From a virus (taxonomy: Duplodnaviria; Caudoviricetes), in IMG/VR virus record IMGVR_UViG_3300017658_000264, positions 1 through 48,991 of that record: a stretch of 48,991 nt of DNA; one strand, given 5' to 3'. Below are positions 17,800-25,902 of the stretch, piece after piece (position 1 is the stretch's first letter; each line of letters starts with the position of its first letter). The position numbers and the translations under genes are program-made. The notes beneath the pieces were generated by a model, which was not told where the DNA came from, searched no databases, and worked only from the letters and a program-made list of their open reading frames with translations.

Positions 17800-18360
17800 A
17801 TGGCAAGACGAGGACGGAAGGCAAAGCTCGGCGGGATCGATCTGGCGGCAGTCGGTCACAGCCAGGCGAAGCCCGAACTCAGCGAGATTGATAACCCGCT
17901 CTACAATCGTGCCCACGATGGCGAGACCTGGAACCCGAAGAAGATCATGGGCGTGAAAAACATGAAGGAGAGCGCGCTCGTCGTGCTGGAGCAGCGCAGG
18001 CTCATCGATGCCGCCCAAGTGCAGGCCGGCGAGCGATTCCGGCGCATCTGGGAAGCCCTCGGCGGCGCTGGCGCTGGATCGTTCGACTATAGCCGCGAGC
18101 CGGTCGATGGTGGGGGCCCGCGCTCGGCGCTGTCCGACCGGCAGATACAGGCCGGCATAGACCTTGCCGATTGCCGGCGCGTCCTTGGCATCGGCTATGA
18201 CGTCATGGTGAAGGTGGCCGGCGAGGGGCGGGCGGTTGCCGATCTCGCACAGAGCAAAAATCTCCAGCGGGCGTATGTAGAAATGCTTAAGCAGGGGCTC
18301 ACCGCACTGGCTATGCATTTCGGCTATGAGAACAATGGAAAACTAAGAAAATCTGCTTGA
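17800..18360 (+). CDS. putative late-gene activator/antiterminator (Q position)
   Basis: Last early gene; GAGGA RBS; C-terminal HTH-like helix ending L..GL..LA.HFG. Confidence 0.65.
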   Translation: MARRGRKAKLGGIDLAAVGHSQAKPELSEIDNPLYNRAHDGETWNPKKIMGVKNMKESALVVLEQRRLIDAAQVQAGERFRRIWEALGGAGAGSFDYSREPVDGGGPRSALSDRQIQAGIDLADCRRVLGIGYDVMVKVAGEGRAVADLAQSKNLQRAYVEMLKQGLTALAMHFGYENNGKLRKSA

Positions 18361-18420
18361 ATAGGGATTCCACTCGGAACCCGAATAAGGTATACGAAAT
18401 CTATAGTGGTGATTTGCGCT

Positions 18421-18667
18421 TAGGGCGCTGATAGTTTGCCACGACGGCACAGGTTGGGTTCGCTCAGCCGAGAACGTGGATGCAAGTCTGAAGGACCGTT
18501 ACAGTAGACTTGCCAGAAGTGGGATCGGTCAGAAACGCGCGATTGGTTCAAAAGCAGAAGCCCACGGAACCGTTTCAATACCAGGGGAAGCCGCTGCGCC
18601 CCGCCCATCGAAGTGACGGATACGCAACCGTCGCCAGCGGCCAAGCCGGGAGGGTAGGCCGGCGCCA
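18421..18667 (+). ncRNA. unrecognised multi-helix structured RNA candidate ending in CCA
   Basis: At least seven helices in an interval with no + strand ORF; directly abuts the 5' end of tRNA-Gln; 5' boundary approximate. Confidence 0.55.
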
Positions 18668-18742
18668 TCAGGCTTAGTTCAGCGGTAGAGCGTCAGATTT
18701 TGGATCTGAATGTCCCTCGTTCGAATCGAGGAGCCTGAGCCA
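18668..18742 (+). tRNA. tRNA-Gln(UUG)
   Basis: Full cloverleaf: TCAGGCT/AGCCTGA acceptor, TCAGA-TT TTG GA-TCTGA anticodon arm, TTCGAAT T-loop, G-CCA. Confidence 0.95.
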
Positions 18743-18747
18743 GTTCA

Positions 18748-18822
18748 CGCAGAGTAGCCAAGTGGTAAGGCCTCCGGCTCATAACCGGATCATCGCGGGT
18801 TCAATTCCCGCCTCTGCAACCA
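18748..18822 (+). tRNA. tRNA-Met(CAU), initiator-like
   Basis: Cloverleaf; TCCGG-CT CAT AA-CCGGA; TTCAATT T-loop; C1:A72 mismatch; A-CCA. Confidence 0.93.
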
Positions 18823-18823
18823 A

Positions 18824-18908
18824 TCGGGAAGGCGGGCCTGTCGTCGTTTCGTAGCGCAAGCTGGCGGCGAACCCCGCGTAAGTTGAGGGATTCTCCTTCC
18901 CGACCCCA
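18824..18908 (+). ncRNA. unrecognised tRNA-sized rod-like RNA candidate ending in CCA
   Basis: TCGGGAAGG/CCTTCCCGA closing stem, inner stems, AGC-GCAA-GCT tetraloop. Confidence 0.45.
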
Positions 18909-18932
18909 TACGGCATAGCCGGCATTCATTCT

Positions 18933-18968
18933 GCCCGTCGCCTTCACTGGTGGCGGGCTTTCGCATTT
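18933..18968 (+). terminator. intrinsic terminator after the RNA cluster
   Basis: GCCCGTCGCC/GGTGGCGGGC stem followed by TTTCGCATTT. Confidence 0.65.
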
Positions 18969-19159
18969 CAGGAGTAAGGCTTAAGGCGGTGCAGAAGAGC
19001 CCGGCAGGCTAGGCCAGTTCTGGTGTCGGCGCCGTTCTTCTTCATGGCAACAACGGCATTGGCGGAGACATCGAGTAGCCTGGCGCATTGTGCGTCCGAA
19101 CGGGCAAGACCTGCGGCCTTCATTTCAGCAAGCCAGCGCGTGAACTGTTCGGCTGTCAT
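18968..19159 (-). CDS. small HTH protein
   Basis: SDAQCARLLDVSANAVVAMKKNG; GAGGG RBS. Confidence 0.6.
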   Translation of the reverse strand: MTAEQFTRWLAEMKAAGLARSDAQCARLLDVSANAVVAMKKNGADTRTGLACRALLHRLKPYS

Positions 19160-19425
19160 ATGTCCCTCGTGTCTGGAGCGGGTTTGTAGTGCTGCGCCCA
19201 TACTCGGCGCGGGTCATAGCCCGAATATATCCAGGCATCTATTTCTGTTTGGTTTCTCCCGTCGAAAGACCACTCATGTCGCTGGAACCAGTGGTGGGTG
19301 CATTTGCACATCCATATACGGTATCCGTTCGCGCCGCCGTACCCATTGAAAGGCATCCATTCGGTTACCCGGCAATCCGCGTCGGCAAAGTCGGTCGGCT
19401 GCAAATTGTCTCGGAGCAGGGCCAT
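19156..19425 (-). CDS. hypothetical aromatic-rich protein
   Basis: 89 aa; ATGA-coupled to the HTH gene. Confidence 0.55.
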   Translation of the reverse strand: MALLRDNLQPTDFADADCRVTEWMPFNGYGGANGYRIWMCKCTHHWFQRHEWSFDGRNQTEIDAWIYSGYDPRRVWAQHYKPAPDTRDI

Positions 19426-19455
19426 AAAGATTAAGGCGGGTTGCCCCGCCCTCCC

Positions 19456-19728
19456 TTAGTCGATGTTGGCTGCAACGAGCTCTGCAAAGGCGTAATCGGC
19501 GCCGTTCCAATTGCGCTGGGTCCAGCGGCGCTCGATGTCGAACCGTTCCTGCTCAAGCTCCCATTCGCGATCATGGGCGGCGTTCCAAGTGATGGAGAGT
19601 TCTTCAGTGATCTTTTCGCCGGCCTCAGCGCTGGCATTGAGGTTTTCGAGTTCAGCTTTAATGGAGGCGATAGCAGTTTCGTTGGCTGCGATGTCTGCGA
19701 GGTACTGGCGCTTTGTGTACTTGGTCAT
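19456..19728 (-). CDS. hypothetical coiled-coil protein
   Basis: GGGAGA RBS before MTKYTK. Confidence 0.6.
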   Translation of the reverse strand: MTKYTKRQYLADIAANETAIASIKAELENLNASAEAGEKITEELSITWNAAHDREWELEQERFDIERRWTQRNWNGADYAFAELVAANID

Positions 19729-19752
19729 GTCGGTCTCCCTTGTTGATGCCAA

Positions 19753-19805
19753 ATCATACAAGATACGTGTATGAAGTCAACAGGAAATACAAGTGACATG
19801 TATGA
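19753..19805 (-). promoter_or_regulatory. promoter with paired palindromic operators for the antisense three-gene cassette
   Basis: Minus strand TTGACT-N16-TATGAT; TCATACA-N7-TGTATGA 19754-19774 and AATACA-N7-TGTATG about 19786-19804. Confidence 0.6.
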
Positions 19806-19873
19806 AAATCGGCGGAACCATCCATTCAAGGTGTATTCACCTAACCCCTCCACCCCAGCAGAAAGGAACCAGC

Positions 19874-20002
19874 ATGCGCTACCATCGCAAAGCCGACGGA
19901 ATTCTGATGGTGGACGAGAATGGGCGCGGGCGCTTCCTGACGCTGGTGGAGCGAATACTCTTCGTGTTCGGCTATCGCCCTCGTTTCCGAAGTATCTCCT
20001 AA
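19874..20002 (+). CDS. small hypothetical protein
   Basis: AAAGGA RBS; 42 aa. Confidence 0.45.
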   Translation: MRYHRKADGILMVDENGRGRFLTLVERILFVFGYRPRFRSIS

Positions 20003-20021
20003 CCCCCGCATCCCCGAAACG

Positions 20022-20046
20022 AGAGCCGGGCCTAGGTCCGGCTTCT
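20022..20046. terminator. hairpin between convergent genes
   Basis: GAGCCGGGCC-TA-GGTCCGGCTT. Confidence 0.4.
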
Positions 20047-20062
20047 CAGATGCGCGTCGCTA

Positions 20063-20266
20063 TCAGTAGATGGCCTCGCCTTGCAGGGCAGCGACGACAT
20101 GATCGTAGTTCTCCTGGACGTAATACGCGAGGCTTCCATCTCCGTTTGGGGCGGCGAATTGGATCACGGTTTTATCCCCAGCCGTAATAACGGCCGCTAC
20201 CAACTCGGGATTGACCGAAACTGGGGCGCCAGCCGGTGACGTGCGAGTAAATTGTACGAGCCTCAT
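20063..20266 (-). CDS. small FlbD-like protein
   Basis: GGAGG RBS; M.LVQFT...G.PV.VNPE.V..V......T.I......YV.E...V...L pattern. Confidence 0.55.
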   Translation of the reverse strand: MRLVQFTRTSPAGAPVSVNPELVAAVITAGDKTVIQFAAPNGDGSLAYYVQENYDHVVAALQGEAIY

Positions 20267-20288
20267 TGGAACCTCCAAGGTTTAGACT

Positions 20289-20336
20289 ATGCCAGTTCTC
20301 AAAAATGCCCGGCATGAGAAGTTCGCGCAGCGCTGA
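20289..20336 (+). pseudogene. remnant N-terminus of a terminase small subunit
   Basis: MPVLKNARHEKFAQ followed almost immediately by a stop. Confidence 0.5.
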
Positions 20337-20350
20337 TCCGAAAGCAAGCC

Positions 20351-20974
20351 ATGATTGAGCGACCACAACCTCCAGAGAGCATGTTCGAGGTGGAAGGATC
20401 GCCTTTCACTCCCGCGCTCGACATGCCGGAGTGGGTGGAGGTCACGTTCCTGGATGAGGCCTCGCCGGTGGCTAACCCCGAGCACGCCCACTTGGCCGAT
20501 GCCCATATCGGCTATCTGTGGGCGGCCGTGGAGAACACCCGCAAGGGCAAGCGCGTCATAGGCCAGTGCGAGACGGGCCAGCCACAAGGCGCAATGGGTA
20601 AGTGGGCAAAGGCCCGCGTCGAGCAGCAGATCACAGAATGGTTCGGCTCTGTGCCGGACTTCATCATCACGCTCGATGCCAATTACTGTGCCGCCTGTGG
20701 TGATGCCGAGTTCATGGCTCTGGTGGAGCACGAGCTTTACCACGCCGCCCAGGACGTCGACAGTTTCGGCGCCCCGAAGTTCAACAGTCAGACCGGCCGC
20801 CCGGTCTTCACCATTCGTGGACATGACGTAGAGCAGTTCATCGGCGTGGTTCGGCGCTACGGGGCAGATGCCGCCGGAGTGCGCGAGCTCGTAGATGCTG
20901 CCAGCAGGCCGCCTGAGGTTGCCCGAGCCCACATCGAGCATGCATGCGGCACATGCAATCTGCGTGTGGCTTAA
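20351..20974 (+). CDS. putative phage metallopeptidase
   Basis: LVEHELYH zincin motif; HDVEQF.GVVRRYG. Confidence 0.85.
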   Translation: MIERPQPPESMFEVEGSPFTPALDMPEWVEVTFLDEASPVANPEHAHLADAHIGYLWAAVENTRKGKRVIGQCETGQPQGAMGKWAKARVEQQITEWFGSVPDFIITLDANYCAACGDAEFMALVEHELYHAAQDVDSFGAPKFNSQTGRPVFTIRGHDVEQFIGVVRRYGADAAGVRELVDAASRPPEVARAHIEHACGTCNLRVA

Positions 20975-21216
20975 CCCAGGTCGATCTGACCACTTATCAC
21001 GAGGTCGGTGACATCGAGGTCGAAGCGTTGCACTCCGGTTGCCCCTTTGCCCGCCTTCTGGGTTGCCAAGTGCAGGAAGTAGGAAAACAGCCGGTTCCGT
21101 TGTCTCTCGATCTCGGTGTCCGAGATTTTCTGACCGACGTAGACCCCATCGCTGACCCTGTGCCCATCGACCACGACAGGCTGCTTCACTCTGTATTTCA
21201 CGGGCCGGATAGTCAT
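20971..21216 (-). CDS. small antisense hypothetical protein
   Basis: 81 aa; GGGAGA RBS; fills the intergenic gap. Confidence 0.45.
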   Translation of the reverse strand: MTIRPVKYRVKQPVVVDGHRVSDGVYVGQKISDTEIERQRNRLFSYFLHLATQKAGKGATGVQRFDLDVTDLVISGQIDLG

Positions 21217-21250
21217 CGCTTATCTCCCTTGACTGGACTTTGACACGAAG

Positions 21251-21715
21251 ATGGCAAAAGCGAAACTCTCCGATGAGGTGAAAACCTACATCGTCCAAGC
21301 CCTGGCATGTTTCGACAGCCCGTCGATCGTCGCTGCATCAGTCAAGAAGGAGTTCGGCATCGAGGTGAGCCGGCAACTCGTCGAGAGCCACGACCCGAAC
21401 AAGAAGGCGGCTTCCGGCCTCGCACCCAAGTGGCGCGTGCTGTTCGAGGAAACCCGCAAGACCTTCCTTGAGGACACCGCGTCCATCGCCATCAGCCACC
21501 GAGCCGTCCGTCTTCGCGCTCTCCAGCGTATGGCCGACAAGGCAGAGGGGCAGGGCAACATGGTGCTGGCGTCCTCGCTGCTCAAGCAGGCAGCCGAGGA
21601 AGTCGGCGGCAGCTATACCAACCGGCGCGAGCTGACAGGGAAGGACGGAAAGGATTTGCCGGTGCCAGTATCGCCGGTGACGATCTTCCAGTTGCCCGAC
21701 AATGGCAGGGGATGA
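21251..21715 (+). CDS. terS: terminase small subunit (DUF2280-like)
   Basis: VK.YIVQALACFD.PS, AISHRAVRLRAL and ELTGKDG motifs; directly upstream of terL. Confidence 0.85.
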   Translation: MAKAKLSDEVKTYIVQALACFDSPSIVAASVKKEFGIEVSRQLVESHDPNKKAASGLAPKWRVLFEETRKTFLEDTASIAISHRAVRLRALQRMADKAEGQGNMVLASSLLKQAAEEVGGSYTNRRELTGKDGKDLPVPVSPVTIFQLPDNGRG

Positions 21716-23093
21716 GAAGGGCGCTACAGCCCAGACGATAATCAGGCCGCAAGCCGGGCCTCAAACGACGTTTCTCTCTTCTCCGGCCGATATTGCCATC
21801 TACGGTGGCGCGGCTGGCGGCGGGAAGACGTGGGCGCTATTGATGGAGCCGCTGCGACACGTTGGCAACCCCGGATTCGGGGCTGTCTTCTTCCGGCGCA
21901 ACCTGACGCAGGTTCGCAATGAAGGCGGCCTGTGGGACGAAAGCGAAAAGCTCTATCCGCACTTGAGTGCCACGCCGCGTTCGGCGCCGGACCTGAGTTG
22001 GACCTTCCCATCGGGGGCGGGCGTGGCATTCGCCCACCTTGAACATGAGAAGACGATCTATAACTGGCAGGGGTCGCAGATCCCGCTAATTTGCTTCGAC
22101 GAGCTGACGCATTTCAGCGCCAAGCAGTTCTGGTACATGCTCAGCCGTAACCGCTCCATGTGCGGGATACGGCCTTACGTGAGGGCGACATGCAATCCCG
22201 ATGCGGATAGCTGGGTTGCTGAGTTCATTGCCTGGTGGATCGATCAGGAGACCGGATTAGCCATCCCTGACCGGGCTGGCGTTCTTCGCTGGTTCATTCG
22301 CATCGGCGACACCATCATCTGGGCTGACAGTCCCGAGGAACTGGCCCATCATACTAACCCGCTGACGGGCGAGCCTATCCCGGCGAAGTCCGTTACCTTC
22401 ATCCCGGCCAAGCTCAGCGACAACGCCATGTTGATGGCGGCTGACCCTGGCTATCTCGCCAACCTGATGGCGCAGCCGACCGTCGAACGCGAACGTTTGC
22501 TCGGCGGCAATTGGAAGATCAGGCCGGCGGCTGGGTTGTTGTTCCAGCGGGGTTGGTGCCAGGTCGTCGATGCTGTACCGGCCGGCGTCCGCTGGATGCG
22601 GGGATGGGACCTGGCTTCTACGCCGAAGACTGAGGGAAGCGATCCCGACGCCACTGCCGGTACGAAAATCGGGAAGCTGCCGGACGGGCGATATATCGTC
22701 GGGCACCACGTCACCGATTTCCTTTCGCCGTCAGGCGTCGAGAGGCTGATCAAGAATACTGCCGAAGCCGATGGCCGGCAGACGCAAATTTCGCTCCCGC
22801 AGGACCCCGGGCAGGCTGGCAAGTCGCAGGTGACGAACCTGACGAAGATGCTTGCAGGGTTCAGCGTAAAGGCAACGCCGGAATCGGGCGACAAGGTTAC
22901 TCGCTTCAGCCCGTTCTCAGCCCAGGCCGAGGCCGGGAATGTGCTCGTCTTGCGGGGGCCATGGAATGACGCGTGGTTTTCCGCGCTTGAAGCGTTCCCG
23001 GAAGCCAAACACGACGACGACGCGGACAGCACGAGCCGAGCGTTCAACGCCCTCCTGACGGCGAGTACCTACACGCTCTCGAACATCGGATGA
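21702..23093 (+). CDS. terL: terminase large subunit
   Basis: Walker A GGAAGGGKT, Walker B ICFDE, ATCNP, GWDLA and HDDDAD nuclease motifs. Confidence 0.95.
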   Translation: MAGDEKGATAQTIIRPQAGPQTTFLSSPADIAIYGGAAGGGKTWALLMEPLRHVGNPGFGAVFFRRNLTQVRNEGGLWDESEKLYPHLSATPRSAPDLSWTFPSGAGVAFAHLEHEKTIYNWQGSQIPLICFDELTHFSAKQFWYMLSRNRSMCGIRPYVRATCNPDADSWVAEFIAWWIDQETGLAIPDRAGVLRWFIRIGDTIIWADSPEELAHHTNPLTGEPIPAKSVTFIPAKLSDNAMLMAADPGYLANLMAQPTVERERLLGGNWKIRPAAGLLFQRGWCQVVDAVPAGVRWMRGWDLASTPKTEGSDPDATAGTKIGKLPDGRYIVGHHVTDFLSPSGVERLIKNTAEADGRQTQISLPQDPGQAGKSQVTNLTKMLAGFSVKATPESGDKVTRFSPFSAQAEAGNVLVLRGPWNDAWFSALEAFPEAKHDDDADSTSRAFNALLTASTYTLSNIG

Positions 23094-23097
23094 CACC

Positions 23098-23247
23098 ATG
23101 GCCTGTGGATCGTGTGAAAAGCGTCGGCAGATGATTGCCGAGGCGCGCAAGCAGGCTGGCGTCAAGGGTGTGGTTAAGGTTCTGCCGAAGGTCGCGCGGG
23201 ATGTCGTGAAGAACCCGCCGAAACTCAGGGACAAGCGCAATGGGTGA
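23098..23247 (+). CDS. small basic protein with CxxC
   Basis: MACGSCEKRRQM...; 49 aa between terL and portal. Confidence 0.5.
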   Translation: MACGSCEKRRQMIAEARKQAGVKGVVKVLPKVARDVVKNPPKLRDKRNG

Positions 23248-25081
23248 TGTGATCCAGCTTCGGACGAATGACAGCCTGCGGTCTGTCGTCGCCGGCCTCG
23301 GCGATCCGCTGCGCGACAAAATGGCGACTGCGGCCTATGTGCTGCAATACCTTGATGATTACCAACTCGCCGCGATCTACAAGAGCAACTGGCTCGGTCG
23401 GAAGATCGTTGACATTCCCGCCATGGATGCCGTGCGCAAGGGGCGCGATTGGCAGGCCGAACAGGATCAGATCGAGCTTATCGAGGCTGAGGAGAAGCGC
23501 CTCGGGTTCTGGAACAAGCTGCTTGAAGTGAAGGTCAAGGCGCGCCTGTGGGGCGGCGCTGCGCTGTACATCGGTACTGGCGAGACTGATCTGATGCAGC
23601 CGCTCAACGTCGAGGCCATGGCAAAGGACAGGGTCAAGTACCTGACCGTCCTTTCTCGCCGCGACGTGAGCGCCGGTCCTATCGAGCAGGACGTTCTTTC
23701 CGAGTTCCATGGGCGGCCGGCCTATTACGAAGTGACCGGCAATGCGTCCATGGTGCGCATTCATCCGTCCCGACTGGCAGTGTTCGTCGGCGCTCCGCAT
23801 GGTGACAGCCTGCTCGGCATGGGGCCGAACCAAGGCTGGGGGGATAGTATCATCGAGGCCGTCTATTCGGCCATGAAGAACGCCGATGCGACCGCGGCCA
23901 ACATCGCCTCTCTGGTCTTCGAGGCGAACGTGGATGTCTTCCGCATCCCGGATTTCATGGCGAGCCTTGCCGATCCCGCCTACCAGACGAGGCTGCTCGA
24001 TCGCTTCACGTTGGCTGCCACGGCCAAGGGTATCAACAAGGCGCTGCTGCTCGACAAGGAAGAGGAATACGACCGCAAGCAGGTTACGTTTGCCCAACTG
24101 CCCGAAGTCATGCAGACGTTCTTGCAGATGGCCGCCGGCGCCGCCGATATCCCGGTTACGCGCCTGCTGGGTCAGTCCCCGGCCGGCATGAATGCGACCG
24201 GCGAATCCGACATGAACAACTACTACGACCGGGTGTCGTCCATCCAGTCTCTGGAAATGACGCCGGCCCTCTATCGTCTCGACGAATGCTTGATCCGCTC
24301 GGCGCTCGGCAGCCGGCCGCCTGAAATCTTCTACGAGTGGTCTCCGCTCAAGCAGATGACAGAGAAGGAGCAGGCCGAAATCGGCAAGATGAATGCCGAG
24401 ACCGCCGAAATCCTCGGCCGCACGGGCATTTTCACGTCTGAGGAGCTGCGCACCGTCGTCGGCAACCAGCTTGTCGAAAGCTCATTCTATCCCGGCCTCG
24501 ATCAGGCCATGTCCAGCACCGGCAATAGTTGGGAAAAGGAATTCGAGGAGGCACAGCAAGCGGAGGCGGAAGCCAAGGCCAATGCGGAGCAGGCGCGCCA
24601 GCAGGCGAACGATGCCGCTCCGCGCACGCTCTATGTCCGCCGTGACGTCCTGAACGCCGCCGAAATCATTGCATGGGCCAAGGGGCAGGGCTTCGAAACC
24701 GTACAGGACGGCTTGCACGTCACCATCATCCACACCCGCACGCCGCTCGACTGGATCAAGGTTGGGCAGGCTGGCGAGTGGTCTTCGGATGAGGACGGCG
24801 AAATGACTATCGCGCCAGGTGGCCCGCGCATCATCGAGCGCTTCGGCGAAGCTGTGGTGCTCCAGTTTGCTTCCTCCCGGCTGACCTGGCGTCACGAGGA
24901 TATCAAGCGGCTCGGCGCGGAGACGGATTATCCAGAGTACCAGCCGCACGTCACCATCTCGTGGAATGCCGCCGGTCTCGAACTGTCGAAGATCGAACCT
25001 TACACGGGCAAGATCGTGCTTGGGCCGGAGATATTCGAGGAGGTCAAGGAAGACTGGCAAGCCAGCATCCGTGAGGAATGA
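23240..25081 (+). CDS. portal protein (DUF1073-like) fused to a C-terminal Acb1-like 2H phosphoesterase
   Basis: IVDIPA.D, IHPSR, IPVTRLLGQSPAGMNATGESD..NYYD; C-terminal LHVT and PHVT motifs. Confidence 0.9.
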   Translation: MGDVIQLRTNDSLRSVVAGLGDPLRDKMATAAYVLQYLDDYQLAAIYKSNWLGRKIVDIPAMDAVRKGRDWQAEQDQIELIEAEEKRLGFWNKLLEVKVKARLWGGAALYIGTGETDLMQPLNVEAMAKDRVKYLTVLSRRDVSAGPIEQDVLSEFHGRPAYYEVTGNASMVRIHPSRLAVFVGAPHGDSLLGMGPNQGWGDSIIEAVYSAMKNADATAANIASLVFEANVDVFRIPDFMASLADPAYQTRLLDRFTLAATAKGINKALLLDKEEEYDRKQVTFAQLPEVMQTFLQMAAGAADIPVTRLLGQSPAGMNATGESDMNNYYDRVSSIQSLEMTPALYRLDECLIRSALGSRPPEIFYEWSPLKQMTEKEQAEIGKMNAETAEILGRTGIFTSEELRTVVGNQLVESSFYPGLDQAMSSTGNSWEKEFEEAQQAEAEAKANAEQARQQANDAAPRTLYVRRDVLNAAEIIAWAKGQGFETVQDGLHVTIIHTRTPLDWIKVGQAGEWSSDEDGEMTIAPGGPRIIERFGEAVVLQFASSRLTWRHEDIKRLGAETDYPEYQPHVTISWNAAGLELSKIEPYTGKIVLGPEIFEEVKEDWQASIREE

Positions 25082-25902
25082 TGCTTCGCTATTCGCTCGC
25101 GAAACTCGGCAGGCAGGCGGGCCGCAAGAAGGGCACCACCGCGAACCTCCCCGCTATCGAAGGGCGGCTCGGGACAGAGAAGGAATATTACGCCGTCCTC
25201 CGCTCAATGCTGACACAGATGGCGAAGGAGACGCGGGAGAGCATCATCGCCGCCTACGAGGCCGAACAACGCCAGAAGCGCGCCGCTCGGGCCTACAGCG
25301 GTGATGCGGGGCGCGATTGGTTCGTCCGTCTGCGACAGTTGGCAACACAGTTGTCGCGGGTGGCATCCGACACAGTGGACCGGATACTGACGCTCGAAAG
25401 CCAGCGCCATACTGAAACGTTCATGGCTACGGCGAAGCGGGCGCTCGGTATCGACCTGCGGGCCGTGGTGCAGCAAGAGGATCTGGCCGGCTATCTTCGC
25501 GAGGCCGCCGCCCGGAACGCCTCGCTGATCACCGGATTATCAGATGACCTGATCAAAGGGATCGAGCAGGCAGTCTACAACAACAGCATCGCGGGTAACT
25601 CGGTTGCGACCCTCCGCAAGGCATTGCAAGAGCAATTCGGGATCGCAGATCGCCGGGCGAAGTTGCTCGCCAGAGACCAGACGAGCAAGCTCAATTCGGA
25701 TTTGAATCGCCGCCGGCAGGAACAGGCGGGAGTGACATCATATACGTGGCTTACCAGTCGCGACGAGCGGGTGCGCGAGCGCCATCGTCGATTGGAAGGG
25801 AAGGTCTACAAGTGGGGTGAGGCGACGGGCGCGGAGCAGGGGCTTCCACCCGGCCAGCCTATCAATTGCCGCTGCCTGGCTCGCGGGATTGTAGAGTTTT
25901 GA
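25078..25902 (+). CDS. minor head protein (SPP1 gp7/MuF-like)
   Basis: RA.L.ARDQ..KLN, Y.W.TS.DERVR..H and PGQPINCRC motifs. Confidence 0.9.
   Translation: MMLRYSLAKLGRQAGRKKGTTANLPAIEGRLGTEKEYYAVLRSMLTQMAKETRESIIAAYEAEQRQKRAARAYSGDAGRDWFVRLRQLATQLSRVASDTVDRILTLESQRHTETFMATAKRALGIDLRAVVQQEDLAGYLREAAARNASLITGLSDDLIKGIEQAVYNNSIAGNSVATLRKALQEQFGIADRRAKLLARDQTSKLNSDLNRRRQEQAGVTSYTWLTSRDERVRERHRRLEGKVYKWGEATGAEQGLPPGQPINCRCLARGIVEF

Noticed and set aside
18421-18667. Interpretation as tmRNA, group I intron, RNase P RNA or tRNA-Sec
   Set aside because: No TTCRA T-loop, tag frame, convincing P7 elements or UCA anticodon arm was found; kept as an unassigned RNA
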